The notes under the pieces are model-generated. The model saw nothing but the letters and a program-made list of their open reading frames with translations, made no database searches and was not told the origin of the DNA. Made by a program: the position numbers and the translations under genes. Below, piece after piece: positions 13,989 to 25,666 of a DNA stretch of 64,000 nt (positions are counted from its first letter, which is position 1; the number at the start of each line of letters is the position of its first letter). The stretch covers positions 22,320,001-22,384,000 of the forward strand of contig OX597835.1 in NCBI GenBank assembly GCA_951406725.2. Reading direction: 5' to 3'. Origin of the DNA: Octopus vulgaris. Its lineage: Eukaryota.

Positions 13989-14134
13989 GTTGTACCTCTT
14001 CTACAACTTTGGTTCATCGTTTTTGAAATTCGAATTAATTTTACCTCTTTCCTTCAGAGATATAACCATGGGGTGCCAAGTTGGGGGGAAAAAATTAGAT
14101 AGAAAAAAACCCAACAAATTTGTCTGACAATCCA

Positions 14135-15243
14135 ATTTTGGCACAAGGCCTACAATTTCGGGGAGGGGGATAGACGATTGCATCGATCTCCCCCAGAACC
14201 CAACTGGTATTTATTTTATCGACCCAGAAAGGATGAAAGGCAACGTCGACCTCGGCGGAATTTGAACTCAAATCGTAAAGACGGATGAAATGCCGCCAAG
14301 CATTTTCTCCAGCGTGCAGCCGATTCCGCCAGCACGCCATTTTGTATTATCTCTTGATATTAGTTTCACATTTGGCACCAGGCCAGCAATTTTGGGGAAG
14401 TAGGTAAGTCGATTACATCGACCCCCAGGATTCAAGTGGTTTCATTAACCCCGAAAGGGTGACAAATGGAATCTCAACTCAGAACGTAAATTCGAATGAA
14501 ATGCAGCTAAGCATTTTATCCGGCGTACTAATGACTCAGCTAGCTCGCCACCTTACTGGCAACCCAATAATGTTACGTAGAGTCTTGCCAATATACTAAC
14601 ACTACAAAACACTACACACACACACACATACACACACATGCTCTCACACACATGCTCTCTCATACACACACATAGCATAGAGTATATTCATTACAATAAG
14701 AATTACGAAACTAAAACAAAATACTTCACATAGCCAAGTCACACAGAGATTGACACACTCAGGTGCGGTGTGAAAGTACGAAATAAAAATAAGACAATTC
14801 AAAATAGAATATAATGATTCTTGTCCTTTTTTTATTTGCCAGCAACGTCCACCTAATAAAACACCTACGGATGTGTTTTGTTGTAGGGGCGTTTAATGTG
14901 GTGATTAGTTGTATACTTATCTTAGAATCTTCACAATGTGAGAAAGGTTACGTGTGTAGGCGATGACCTCACTAAAGTTTGATTGACTTTTCGAATATAT
15001 TTATCAACCTCTATCGTTATATTGGTTTCAAATTTTGGCACAAGTCCAGAATTTCGGGGTAGGGATTAAGTCGATTATATCGACCCCCTCCCCGGCATTC
15101 AACTGGTACTTATTTTATCGACCCCGGAAGGGATGAAAGATAAAGCCGACTTCGGCGGAATTTAAACTCAGAACGTAATGATGGACGAAATTCCGCTAAG
15201 CATTTTGCCCGGCCTGCTAATGACACTGCCAGCTCGCCACCTT
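14135..15243 (-). mobile_element. Three diverged SINE type 1 copies with the alternative (cacaaggcc...) tail: ~14135-14340, ~14362-14553, ~15025-15243
   Basis: Reverse-complement matches to head and central domain. Confidence 0.8.
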
Positions 15244-15604
15244 AATTTGAACTCAAATCGTAATGACGGATGAAATGCCGCCAAGCATTTTCTCCGGCGT
15301 GCTGCCGATTCCGCCAGCACGCCATTTTGTATTATCTCTTGATATTAGTTTCACATTTGGCACCAGAGAACTCAGAGAGTGCAAACCTCCGCCAAGGCAA
15401 CACCAACGTCCTCTCAACGATTAGCCAGAGATGGTTTTTAAAATGAGAATATCTGAAATAAGCACGACTGCTCTCACAAACGAAAATACTAAAAATGAAC
15501 CCGACCGCTCTCAAAAAATTAAGTAAAAACAAATGGAAAAATAATCCAGAATCCTTGTCCGACACCTGATCGATCTCAATGGTAGTCATGGAATGTGAAG
15601 GTGG

Positions 15605-15824
15605 GTCTGCGGGTCGTGTTTGTAATGCTGTGTGTGTGTCGTCTGCGGGTCGTGTTTGTAATGCTGTGTGTGTGTCGTCTGCAGTGGAAACAGGGACAGT
15701 TTTCTCTATGAGGGCTTTTTTTAGTCTATAGACAGTTTTCTCTATGAGGGCTTTTTTTAGTCTATAGACAGTTTTCTCTATGAGGGCCTTTTTTAGTCTA
15801 TAGACAGTTTTCTCTATGAGGGCC
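15605..15824. repeat. Two adjacent minisatellites, each with a 36-bp period
   Basis: Unit gtctgcgggtcgtgtttgtaatgctgtgtgtgtgtc at 15605, 15641 (partial 15677); unit gacagttttctctatgagggctttttttagtctata at 15695, 15731, 15767 (partial 15803). Confidence 0.93.
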
Positions 15825-16540
15825 TAGTCGAATATTCAAACAGTCGAGTATTCGTAACATTCAGTCCTCATTATTTCGTAAAACCACAACTCAATTCCGT
15901 TCTCCCTTCACATAGCGATCCTCGTTGGCTGTTCTCACCACTGCAAACCCCATGGCAGTGGCCTCCTTGATTTGGGGTAGTTCTGGGGTTTGCTTTTTAT
16001 TTTCTTCTGGAAATGGTATGATAAAACAGACATGTTAAAGAGAAAAAAACAGCCAAGTAACAACGATTTGTTAGAAGAAGGGTGGAAAAAAAACTGAACA
16101 AAGCATGGTCGTTTGTGTTTTAAATATAAAGATAAACAGTTAGATTCTGAGCAGGAGTTTTCTGATGACGGTGGTTGGCTAGGAATAGAAGAATAAACAG
16201 AATTCTGTGCGAAGAACAAAACAACGTGTCTGTACATATATATTACGAACAATAACAGTGGAAAATGGAAAGAAAAGAAATGATAAGATAACAAGAAAAT
16301 ATGAGAGAAAGAAAGGAAAGTAAATATTTATAATAGTCATAGAAAGAGAAAAACAAAATGACAAAAGAGGTTCTAAGAAATTATTTATGCTATAATTTAT
16401 GTCAAAATGACTCAGATACGAGATTGACCTCAATTAAGAGTAATCTTGTTCTGATACGGGTCACCTCGAAGAGAAGAACATTAAAAATAATGAATCAGAA
16501 AAGTAGACAAATTAAGAAGAGAAAAATAAAAAAACACGAG

Positions 16541-16589
<49 letters not shown>

Positions 16590-16853
16590 CATAACTCGTA
16601 GTTCTACAGGGTACTCATAAATTGTCTTTACTACAACTTTCACAATCTATTGCATCGTATTGTCTCGATGTGTTGCATGCATCCAATGGCGCCCACGTGG
16701 ATGTGCTCTGGTAGTTTCTAATAAAACTTTATTCGTTTGCCTATGTTTCCCAATAAACTCTGCTGAGTTATCCTCCATTTTCTGAATTTTTCAAATTGTA
16801 ACGGTAAATTTATGGACCCCCTGTATACTCTCTTCTAATTTTAATACGTGTGT

Positions 16854-16891
<38 letters not shown>

Positions 16892-17205
16892 GCAAGGCTT
16901 TTGTCGGATCGAAGTTATTGTAAAAGACATTTGCCCAGGGTGCCACGCAGTGGGACTGAACCCGGAACTATGTGATTAATAACCGAGCAGCTTACCATAC
17001 AACCACGGTTATAGATGGTTATTTTGATTAAACATTGCTTCAGCTGCGTATACCGGATTTTGATCATAGGTTTATTTTAATCGGAACTGGCTTCGAGCTA
17101 AGTAACAATAAAAATAAAAGACCTAATCAGTCGCCTTGTTTACCACCACCACTTGAGGCCTGTGAGTGAGTTGAGCAGAATCTGTCGCATTTCAACCATT
17201 TAAAC

Positions 17206-17731
17206 TTATTGTTCTCAACCGAGGTCCATTTGGCCCTTGTGGGGTCTACATAATTGCTGTTAAAATTTATGTGCTATAAATTTATACTTCTACAATACAC
17301 TAATTTTTTATCATAAAAATATAAAAGGATATTTTTTTATGTACATTGAATGGCTGTGGGAATCCAGTAGAGTGAAATAAGAACGAAAGGAGTCCAGAGG
17401 CAGAAATGGTTGAGAACTACAGAGTTTGACAGAGAATATGGTAAAACCAGGTGGAATCAGTTCCCTGCTACGATATTTCTGCAGTGGTTTGAACCAGTGG
17501 TTCTCAGCTGGGGGTCCATATGGCCCTTAGAGGTCCATATCAGAGTTTTTTGCTTAAATTTATCTGCAATAATTTGGTTATAATTCTACAATACACAAAA
17601 TATTCTAACACTTTTTTAATACAATTTCTAAATAATATTTAATTATAAAAGTACAGTAGGATTCTTTTTATATACATTGGATGGCTACGGGGATTCAGTA
17701 GAGTAAAATACGAATCAAAGAAGTGCATAGG
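17206..17731 (+). mobile_element. Two tandem degenerate hAT(Charlie/MER5)-like MITEs (~17206-17422, ~17495-17731)
   Basis: Termini (cagtg)gttctcaa...ggttgagaactac; internal sequences align with each other. Confidence 0.6.
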
Positions 17732-17961
17732 AACACTTCTTACATCCTTGAGCCCTTCATGGAATTGTTGATCAATTTATAAATTAAAATTAAAAAGTAT
17801 AACTAATAAAAAAATTACTTGGTTTACAAATTATAATTCTTTCGTTGTTTTGTATCATTGCTTCTTTTTAATAAGTATTTTGTTTTAATTAATGAAAATT
17901 CTTAACGAAATTGATTTAAAAAATCCAAAAAGAATTCAGTCTTATTATATTGATACAGTCC

Positions 17962-18550
17962 AAAGCAGCGAGCTGGTAAAATCGCCAGCACCCCGGAGAA
18001 AATGCTTAGCGGTATTTCGTCCGCCACTACGTTCTGAGTTCAAATTCCGCCGAGGTCGACTTTGCCTTTCATCCTTTCGGGGTCGATAAATTAAGTACCA
18101 GTTACGCACTGGGGTCGATGTAATCGACTTAATACCTATGTCTGTCCTTGTTTGTCCCCTCTGTGTTTAGCCCCTTGTGGGTAGTAAAGAAATAGGTATT
18201 TCATCTGCCTTCACATTCTGGGTTGAAATTCCGCCTAGGTCGACTTTACCTTTCATCCTTTCGGGGTCGATTAAATAAGTACCGGTTACGCACTGGGGTC
18301 GATATAATCGACTTAATCCGTTTGTCTGTCCTTATTTGTCCTCTCTGTGTGTAGCCCCTTGCGGGTAGTAAAGAAATAGGTATTTCATCTGTCTTTATGT
18401 TTTGAGTTCAAATTCCGCTGAGGTCGACGTTGCCTTTCATCCTTTCGGAGTCGATAAAATAAGTACCAGTTAGACACTAGGGTTGATGTAATCGACTCCT
18501 CCCCTTCCCCAGAACTTGCTATTCTTGTGCTAAAAAAATGAAACCACTAT
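17962..18550 (+). mobile_element. SINE type 1 trimer: one head plus three bodies, 184-bp period
   Basis: ggtatttc(g/a)tc starts at 18011, 18195 and 18379. Confidence 0.88.
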
Positions 18551-19264
18551 ATTGATAAAGTCCGAACATTCAATGTGAAATATGTCTTTCTAAATCATTT
18601 CATGAGAATCGACGACCTCTTAAATAATATTTATACAGGACTCCAAGGGTCAAAACTAACCAATTTGTCAACTTCTGACTCAAATTGATAGATCAGTCAT
18701 TTGATAAGTTCATTCCTTCATCATACCAGCAAGGGTAACTCTCAAAATTGATCCTGCCGCTACCTTTCTTCCTCAAAATAAGCCATTAAAATACTACGTA
18801 ACATTTAACCTGTCTCAAGCATCGACGCACGGCATTCAATGACGCATGCGCAGGTCGTCATTCACTAGATACAGCCGATCGTCTGCTTCACTGATTAAAA
18901 ATTTTCCCAGACATAAACATAGTTGTTTCTCCTACTTACTGCAAACCTCTCTGCACTCTCTGCCCAGCTTCCATTGGCATACAGCAATAAGATTCTCACA
19001 GGCACACGTCATGAAAGTCTTTCCAATGAATCTAAGTCTTCTGCACTCAGTGTCCACCATTCATGTTCACGTGCGCGCGCGCATACAGGCACGCACACAT
19101 ACACACACACACAAACACATACATATTTATAATCGTATGTGTATGTATATATATGTGTGTGTATGTATATATATGTGTGTGTGTGAGTGTGAGTGTATGT
19201 GTTTGTGTTATATATATTCTTTCATACCCTTTAGCCATATGGCTGCGGCCATGATGGAGCACAC

Positions 19265-19318
<54 letters not shown>

Positions 19319-19516
19319 GTGTGTGTGTGTTTGTGTGTATATATTATACTTTTATACATATATAATTACTGTGTGTGTACATTATAAGTGTATAATTATA
19401 TGTACATATTACACATTTTTACGCACTTGGAGAGAGAGAGAGAGAATGAAAGAAAGAAAGAAAGAAAGAAAGAATATAACATACACACACACACATACAC
19501 TCAAATATGTGTGTGT

Positions 19517-19558
<42 letters not shown>

Positions 19559-19649
19559 AATACTGGCGCTTATACTACACATACGCAGAATCATGATGCT
19601 GTTTTTTCAAGGTCCTTTGCCGTTACACGGTGTATTTAAGGGACTTCAC

Positions 19650-19816
19650 ACACACATACACATACATAATACATACATACGTACATGTGTACGTACATAC
19701 ATACATACATACATAAATACATACATACATACATACGTACTACGTACATACATACATACATACATACATACACACATACGTACATACATACATACATACA
19801 TACATACATACATACA

Positions 19817-19847
<31 letters not shown>

Positions 19848-20603
19848 GTATATACATACATACATATATACATACATACATACATGCATGCATACATACG
19901 TACATACATACACACATACGTACATACATACATACATGCATACATACATACATACGTACGTACATACATACACACATACACACATACGTACATACATACA
20001 TATATGCATACATACATACATATATACATACGTACATACATACATACATACACACATACGTACATACATACATACATACATACATACATACATACATACA
20101 TACATACATACATACATACATACATACATACATACGCATGTACTCACAGAAGCACTGCTCGGTCTATTTTCGTATGTTAACAGGTTTAATTCCATGAATT
20201 TTAATGTGTATTGCGATACAGACAGAATATTCTATGTATGAATGTATGTATGTATGTATGTATGTATGTATGTATGTATGTATGTATGCGTGTATGCATG
20301 TATGTATGTATGTATGCATGCATGCATGTATGTATGTATGTATGGATGTATGTTTGGATGGATGAATGGATGGATGTATGCATGTATGTATGCATGTCTG
20401 TTCATATGTATATTTGTATATATGGGTGGATGTTTGCATGCATGCGTATGTATGTGTGTATGTATGTGTATATGCATGCGTATGTTCATTATGTATGTGT
20501 GTATTTTCCTATATATGTGTGTGTCTATCTATCTATCTATCTTACTATTTGCCTGTCTCCCCTCTGTGTTCAGCCCTGTGTGGCCAATAAAGAAACATGT
20601 CTG

Positions 20604-20691
<88 letters not shown>

Positions 20692-20700
20692 ACTATTTAT
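19650..20700. repeat. (TACA)n, opposed (TATG)n and (TATC)n arrays
   Basis: Directly visible. Confidence 0.95.
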
Positions 20701-20971
20701 CCATCTATCTGTCTGTCTGTTCAATCTATTTAGATATCTAGGTAACTATTTCTCAGTTTAACTAGTTGTCCCTTTTTGTGGTGGGGGCGTGAGTATCTGT
20801 GAGCGTTTGTCTCTGTACGAATGTGTGTGCGCGCGTATCTCCAGTCAGTGTGTTTGCCTGTAATTAGCTTTGACACTTGCTTTCATCTTGATGTCCTATT
20901 CAACCGGTTTTGTTATCTGCGAATGTTCACTTCGCATTTTTAAAAAGGCCTCATAATTAAAATAATAACCC

Positions 20972-21050
<79 letters not shown>

Positions 21051-21205
21051 CTTGTTTTCGTCATTTGACTGCGGCCATGCTGGAGCAACACCTTAAAAGG
21101 TGTTAGTCGAAGAAATCGATCCCATGACTTATTTTTTGTAACCTTATTACCTATTCTATCGACCTCTTCGCCGAACCGCTATGTTACGAGGACAAAAGCA
21201 CACCA

Positions 21206-21259
<54 letters not shown>

Positions 21260-21427
21260 AACACACACACACACGCACGCACTGCTCGAAATGAGGAGTA
21301 GATAGACAGCGACAAGTGATGAATGGTCCTTTTCTCTGTGTTTACTTGGCTTGTTTTCCGTTGGTGACGTCCTGTACCCATATATGAATGTGTGTGTGTG
21401 TTTGTATGTATATATATGTATATATAT

Positions 21428-21475
<48 letters not shown>

Positions 21476-22014
21476 CTGTGTGTGTGTCTGTGTACTTACA
21501 TATAAGAGACCAAAGTGTACGCTGTTATGTGTATATAACAAAGATATAACAAAGAATACAAAAAACGGAACAAGAATGCAACAGGCGACAACAAGACATC
21601 CAAACAGTTAGATAATACAAAAAGGGACAAGAAAAAAACAAGGATGGGTCATTCGGAGCTTTCCTTCGTCAGTCGAGTTCCAGATTATCTTTTCAATTTT
21701 GGCTGGTTATACTCGAGATTGCTTCAATCTGGCCAACCCCAAGGAAAATCTAAGCTAAGAGCACTAGATTTGTTGGAAGAAAGCAGCGAATGTATATGTA
21801 AACAAGGACGGAAAAAAACTGGAGAAATGGTACTCAAACACAAATGCAAACAACAGGACATTAACAACAGATGTCTTTCGACTAAAAGAATGAAAGAATA
21901 AGAGTCATACAAAATATGTGTGTGTGTATGTGTGTGTGCGCGTATGTTTGTGTGTGTACTTACATATAAGACACCAAAGTGTACGTACGCCACTGTGTAC
22001 GGCGGGTTTATTTT

Positions 22015-22207
22015 AGTGGTGGTGGTCGTAGTCGTAGTCATGATGGTGGTGGTGGTCGTCGTGGTCGTGGTCGTGGTCGTGGTGGTGTTGGTGGTGGTGG
22101 TAGTGGTCGTCGTGGTTGTCGTGGTCGTCGTGGTCGTCGTGGTCGTGGTCGTCGTCGTGGTGGTGGTGGTCGTCGTCGTGGTGGTCGTGGTGGTCGTGGT
22201 GGTCGTG

Positions 22208-22272
<65 letters not shown>

Positions 22273-22280
22273 GGAGTGGT
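22015..22280. repeat. (GGT/CGT)n GC-rich compound array
   Basis: Directly visible. Confidence 0.93.
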
Positions 22281-22801
22281 AGCGGCCGTGTTCGTTCGTA
22301 GTCTTGTTGTCGTTGTTGACGTTTTGGTATTGTCTAAACATCATAATTGGAAATAAATACCCGCTCCGAGTTGTCGTTGTTGTTGTTGTTGCTGCTGTTG
22401 TTTGTTGTCATTGGGGTAGTGTGGTCCATTTTACTTTGAGCTTGGTGGGCGCTCACCTTCCCCTCCATTTGACGGTAGAAGGCGCAGGACTCTAAATTAT
22501 CTTCAAAGTAACCTCTTACTTCCTCTTCCATGTCTGCTAACTGGGCGGTCGACGCCATAATGCTTTACAATTTTATTTTTTCAAAACAAAATGAAAATTT
22601 TGAAACCCCAAAGAGTCACAAAATAGGAAGCAAACCACACCTATATTAATAATGGCGGTGATTTTTAACAAGCATTTTGTAAAAAAAAAATTTAAATATA
22701 AAATAAACGAAAACATGAATAAATAAGCAGTTAACAGGTTTGGGAGACAAAAATTGCAGAAATACTCTTTGGAACGAAGAGACATGGCTTCATAGTACGA
22801 A

Positions 22802-22802
<1 letters not shown>

Positions 22803-22866
<64 letters not shown>

Positions 22867-22874
22867 AATAATAG

Positions 22875-22905
<31 letters not shown>

Positions 22906-22945
22906 GATGATGATGATGATGATAATAATAATAATAATAATAGTA

Positions 22946-23007
<62 letters not shown>

Positions 23008-23010
23008 AAT

Positions 23011-23082
<72 letters not shown>

Positions 23083-23123
23083 TGATAATAATAGTAATAA
23101 TAATAATAGTAATAATAATAATA

Positions 23124-23209
<86 letters not shown>

Positions 23210-23236
23210 AATAATAATAATAATAATAATAATAAT

Positions 23237-23274
<38 letters not shown>

Positions 23275-23314
23275 AATGATAATAGTAATAATGATAATAG
23301 TAATAATAATAATA

Positions 23315-23364
<50 letters not shown>

Positions 23365-23377
23365 AATGATGATAATA

Positions 23378-23457
<80 letters not shown>

Positions 23458-23491
23458 TGATGATAATATGATAATAATAGTAATAATAATA

Positions 23492-23543
<52 letters not shown>
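22803..23543. repeat. (AAT)n/(GAT)n compound array
   Basis: Directly visible. Confidence 0.96.
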
Positions 23544-23544
<1 letters not shown>

Positions 23545-23546
23545 CT

Positions 23547-24100
23547 GCCCTGATGCAGTACCAGGCAGTGGCTCTCATGGCTTCTGATCTTAACTGATTG
23601 GATGTGTTATCATGTACATTGTTTTGTCTTGGTATAAAAGATGGGCTACAGCAAATATTCTGCTCTATACCACAGATTTGCTTGTCAGTTGTTTGACCTT
23701 AACCAGTTGAGCATGTCCCTTAGTGGCTGACGATATGTGCATCTCTGATCACGAGCAGAAGTAGTGGGGGAGCATCATAGCCATGTGTTGAGAGGGATTC
23801 TTTGGGGTTTGAATATTTCACCTCTGGAAACATGGGTGGTTCTTTCAACATCCTTAAACAACCCTTATTCAGGGACCTTTTGAGCGGGATGGGCTACTCG
23901 GCCTGAAGAAAATTCTAACTGGGCGCCACCTGCAAGGTCATGCGCTGTTTACCTTGGTGTGAGATCACCATGTCGCGCACATATGGTTGTGATGCATGTG
24001 CCTGGTGTACCCTTATCAGACGGGTAGTCATGATGGGTATATTGGGCTTCGTATATTTTACCCCAGTGTCACTTTGATGGCATGAACTGCTCTCTCACTC
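23547..24100 (+). mobile_element. 554-bp non-coding interspersed element embedded in (AAT)n
   Basis: gccctgatgcagtacc...ctctctcactc then (AAT)n; equal-length copy at 59818-60371, partial copies at 25240-25666 and 61195-61264. Confidence 0.85.
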
Positions 24101-24119
24101 AATAATAGTAATAATAATT

Positions 24120-24208
<89 letters not shown>

Positions 24209-24213
24209 ATAAT

Positions 24214-24429
24214 AGAAACAATAAGAAGAGTGCGACTGTTATCGAATGAACAATATTTCGACATCACGTGTGTCTTGCACAAGTTCAAAATAAACATCTC
24301 AGTCTCCTTCATTCATGACTTTTTCTTTTTTTTGATATTACCAAAACGAAGGAGATTGAGATGTTTATTTTGAACTTGTGGAAGACACACGAGTTGTCGA
24401 AATATTGTCGCACTCTTCTTATTGTTTCT
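24214..24429. repeat. Fold-back: ~82-bp inverted arms (24214-24310 and 24348-24429)
   Basis: Right arm is the reverse complement of the left apart from a ~14-nt indel and a few substitutions. Confidence 0.9.
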
Positions 24430-24461
24430 TTAATTTCTGGAGGAATAACACCAATCCTTTA

Positions 24462-24502
<41 letters not shown>

Positions 24503-24510
24503 TAATAATA

Positions 24511-24903
24511 ATGCCAGAACTGGGCGCCACTGCATAGTGCCAAGGACTCCAAATTTGCCATCAAGATGTAGGACAAGATACTGTGATAGCCTGGGCTTCC
24601 GAGGCCCACAGCTCTTCAATATCCTCCCGAAGAACCTAAGAGACCTGCATGGGGTGGATGCAGATGTCTTTAAAACGAAACTGGATCTCTTCTTGTCAGG
24701 TGTCCCAGATGAACCAACTTCACGGCAGGAGGTGCAGATGAGGGCAGCTGCATCGAACTCTCTCACGCACCAAATGGCAATTGCTAAAAAGCATTCGTGA
24801 AGTAAAATCATGTAGCAACACCAAATGGCGGTGCCCCAGCATGGCCACAGCTTGTGAGCTGAAACTAAATAAATAAAATAAATAAAATTTAAAAAATAAA
24901 TAA
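24511..24903 (+). mobile_element. 5'-truncated CR1-group LINE 3' end (ORF2 C-terminus, short 3' UTR, (TAAA)n tail)
   Basis: SLGFRGPQLFNILPKNLRDL...FKTKLDLFLSGVPDEP...RAAASNSL is a typical invertebrate CR1-type ORF2 end; stop at 24798-24800. Confidence 0.8.
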
Positions 24904-24959
<56 letters not shown>

Positions 24960-24972
24960 AATGATGATGATG

Positions 24973-25024
<52 letters not shown>

Positions 25025-25143
25025 TAATAACGATGATAATAATAATAATAATAATAATAATGATGATGATGGTAATGGTGATGATGATGATGATGATGAT
25101 GATAATGATGATGATGATGATGATGATGATAATAATAATAATG

Positions 25144-25209
<66 letters not shown>

Positions 25210-25239
25210 GTAACAGTAATAGTAATAATGATGAGGATG

Positions 25240-25666
25240 AGCAAATATTTTTCTCAATACCACAGATTTGCTTGTCAGTTGATTGACCTTAACCAGTTGA
25301 GCATGTCCCTTAGTGGCTGGCGATATGTGCATCTCTGATCACGAGCAGAAGTAGAGGGGAAGCATCATAGTCATGTGTTGAGAGGAATTCTTTGGGGTTC
25401 GGATAATTCACGTTTGGAAACATGAGTGTTTTGTTCAACATCCTTAAACAACCTTTATTGAGGGGATGGACTACTCGACCAGAAGAAAATTTTAACTAGG
25501 CTGCACTTGCAAGGTCATGTGCTATTTACCTTGATATGACATCACCATGTCGCGCACATATGGTTGTGATGCATGTGCCTGGTGTACCCTTATCAGACGG
25601 GTAGTCATGATGGGTATACTGGGCTTCGTATATTTTACCCCAGTGTCACTTTGATGGCATGCACTG
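25240..25666 (+). mobile_element. Truncated copy of the 554-bp (AAT)n-associated element
   Basis: Aligns with ~23650-24089. Confidence 0.85.

Noticed and set aside
15695-15824. 36-bp repeats resembling a CRISPR array
   Set aside because: Units are contiguous with no unique spacers, there are no cas genes, and the context is eukaryotic.
18846-20241. 444-aa ORF and overlapping ORFs
   Set aside because: Mostly CA/TA/TACA repeats and SINE fragments; no recognisable domain.
21645-21680. CUGACGA-AGGA-AAGC-UCC-GAAU on minus as a hammerhead
   Set aside because: GAAA is not intact, and no stem I partner or cleavage triplet is found.
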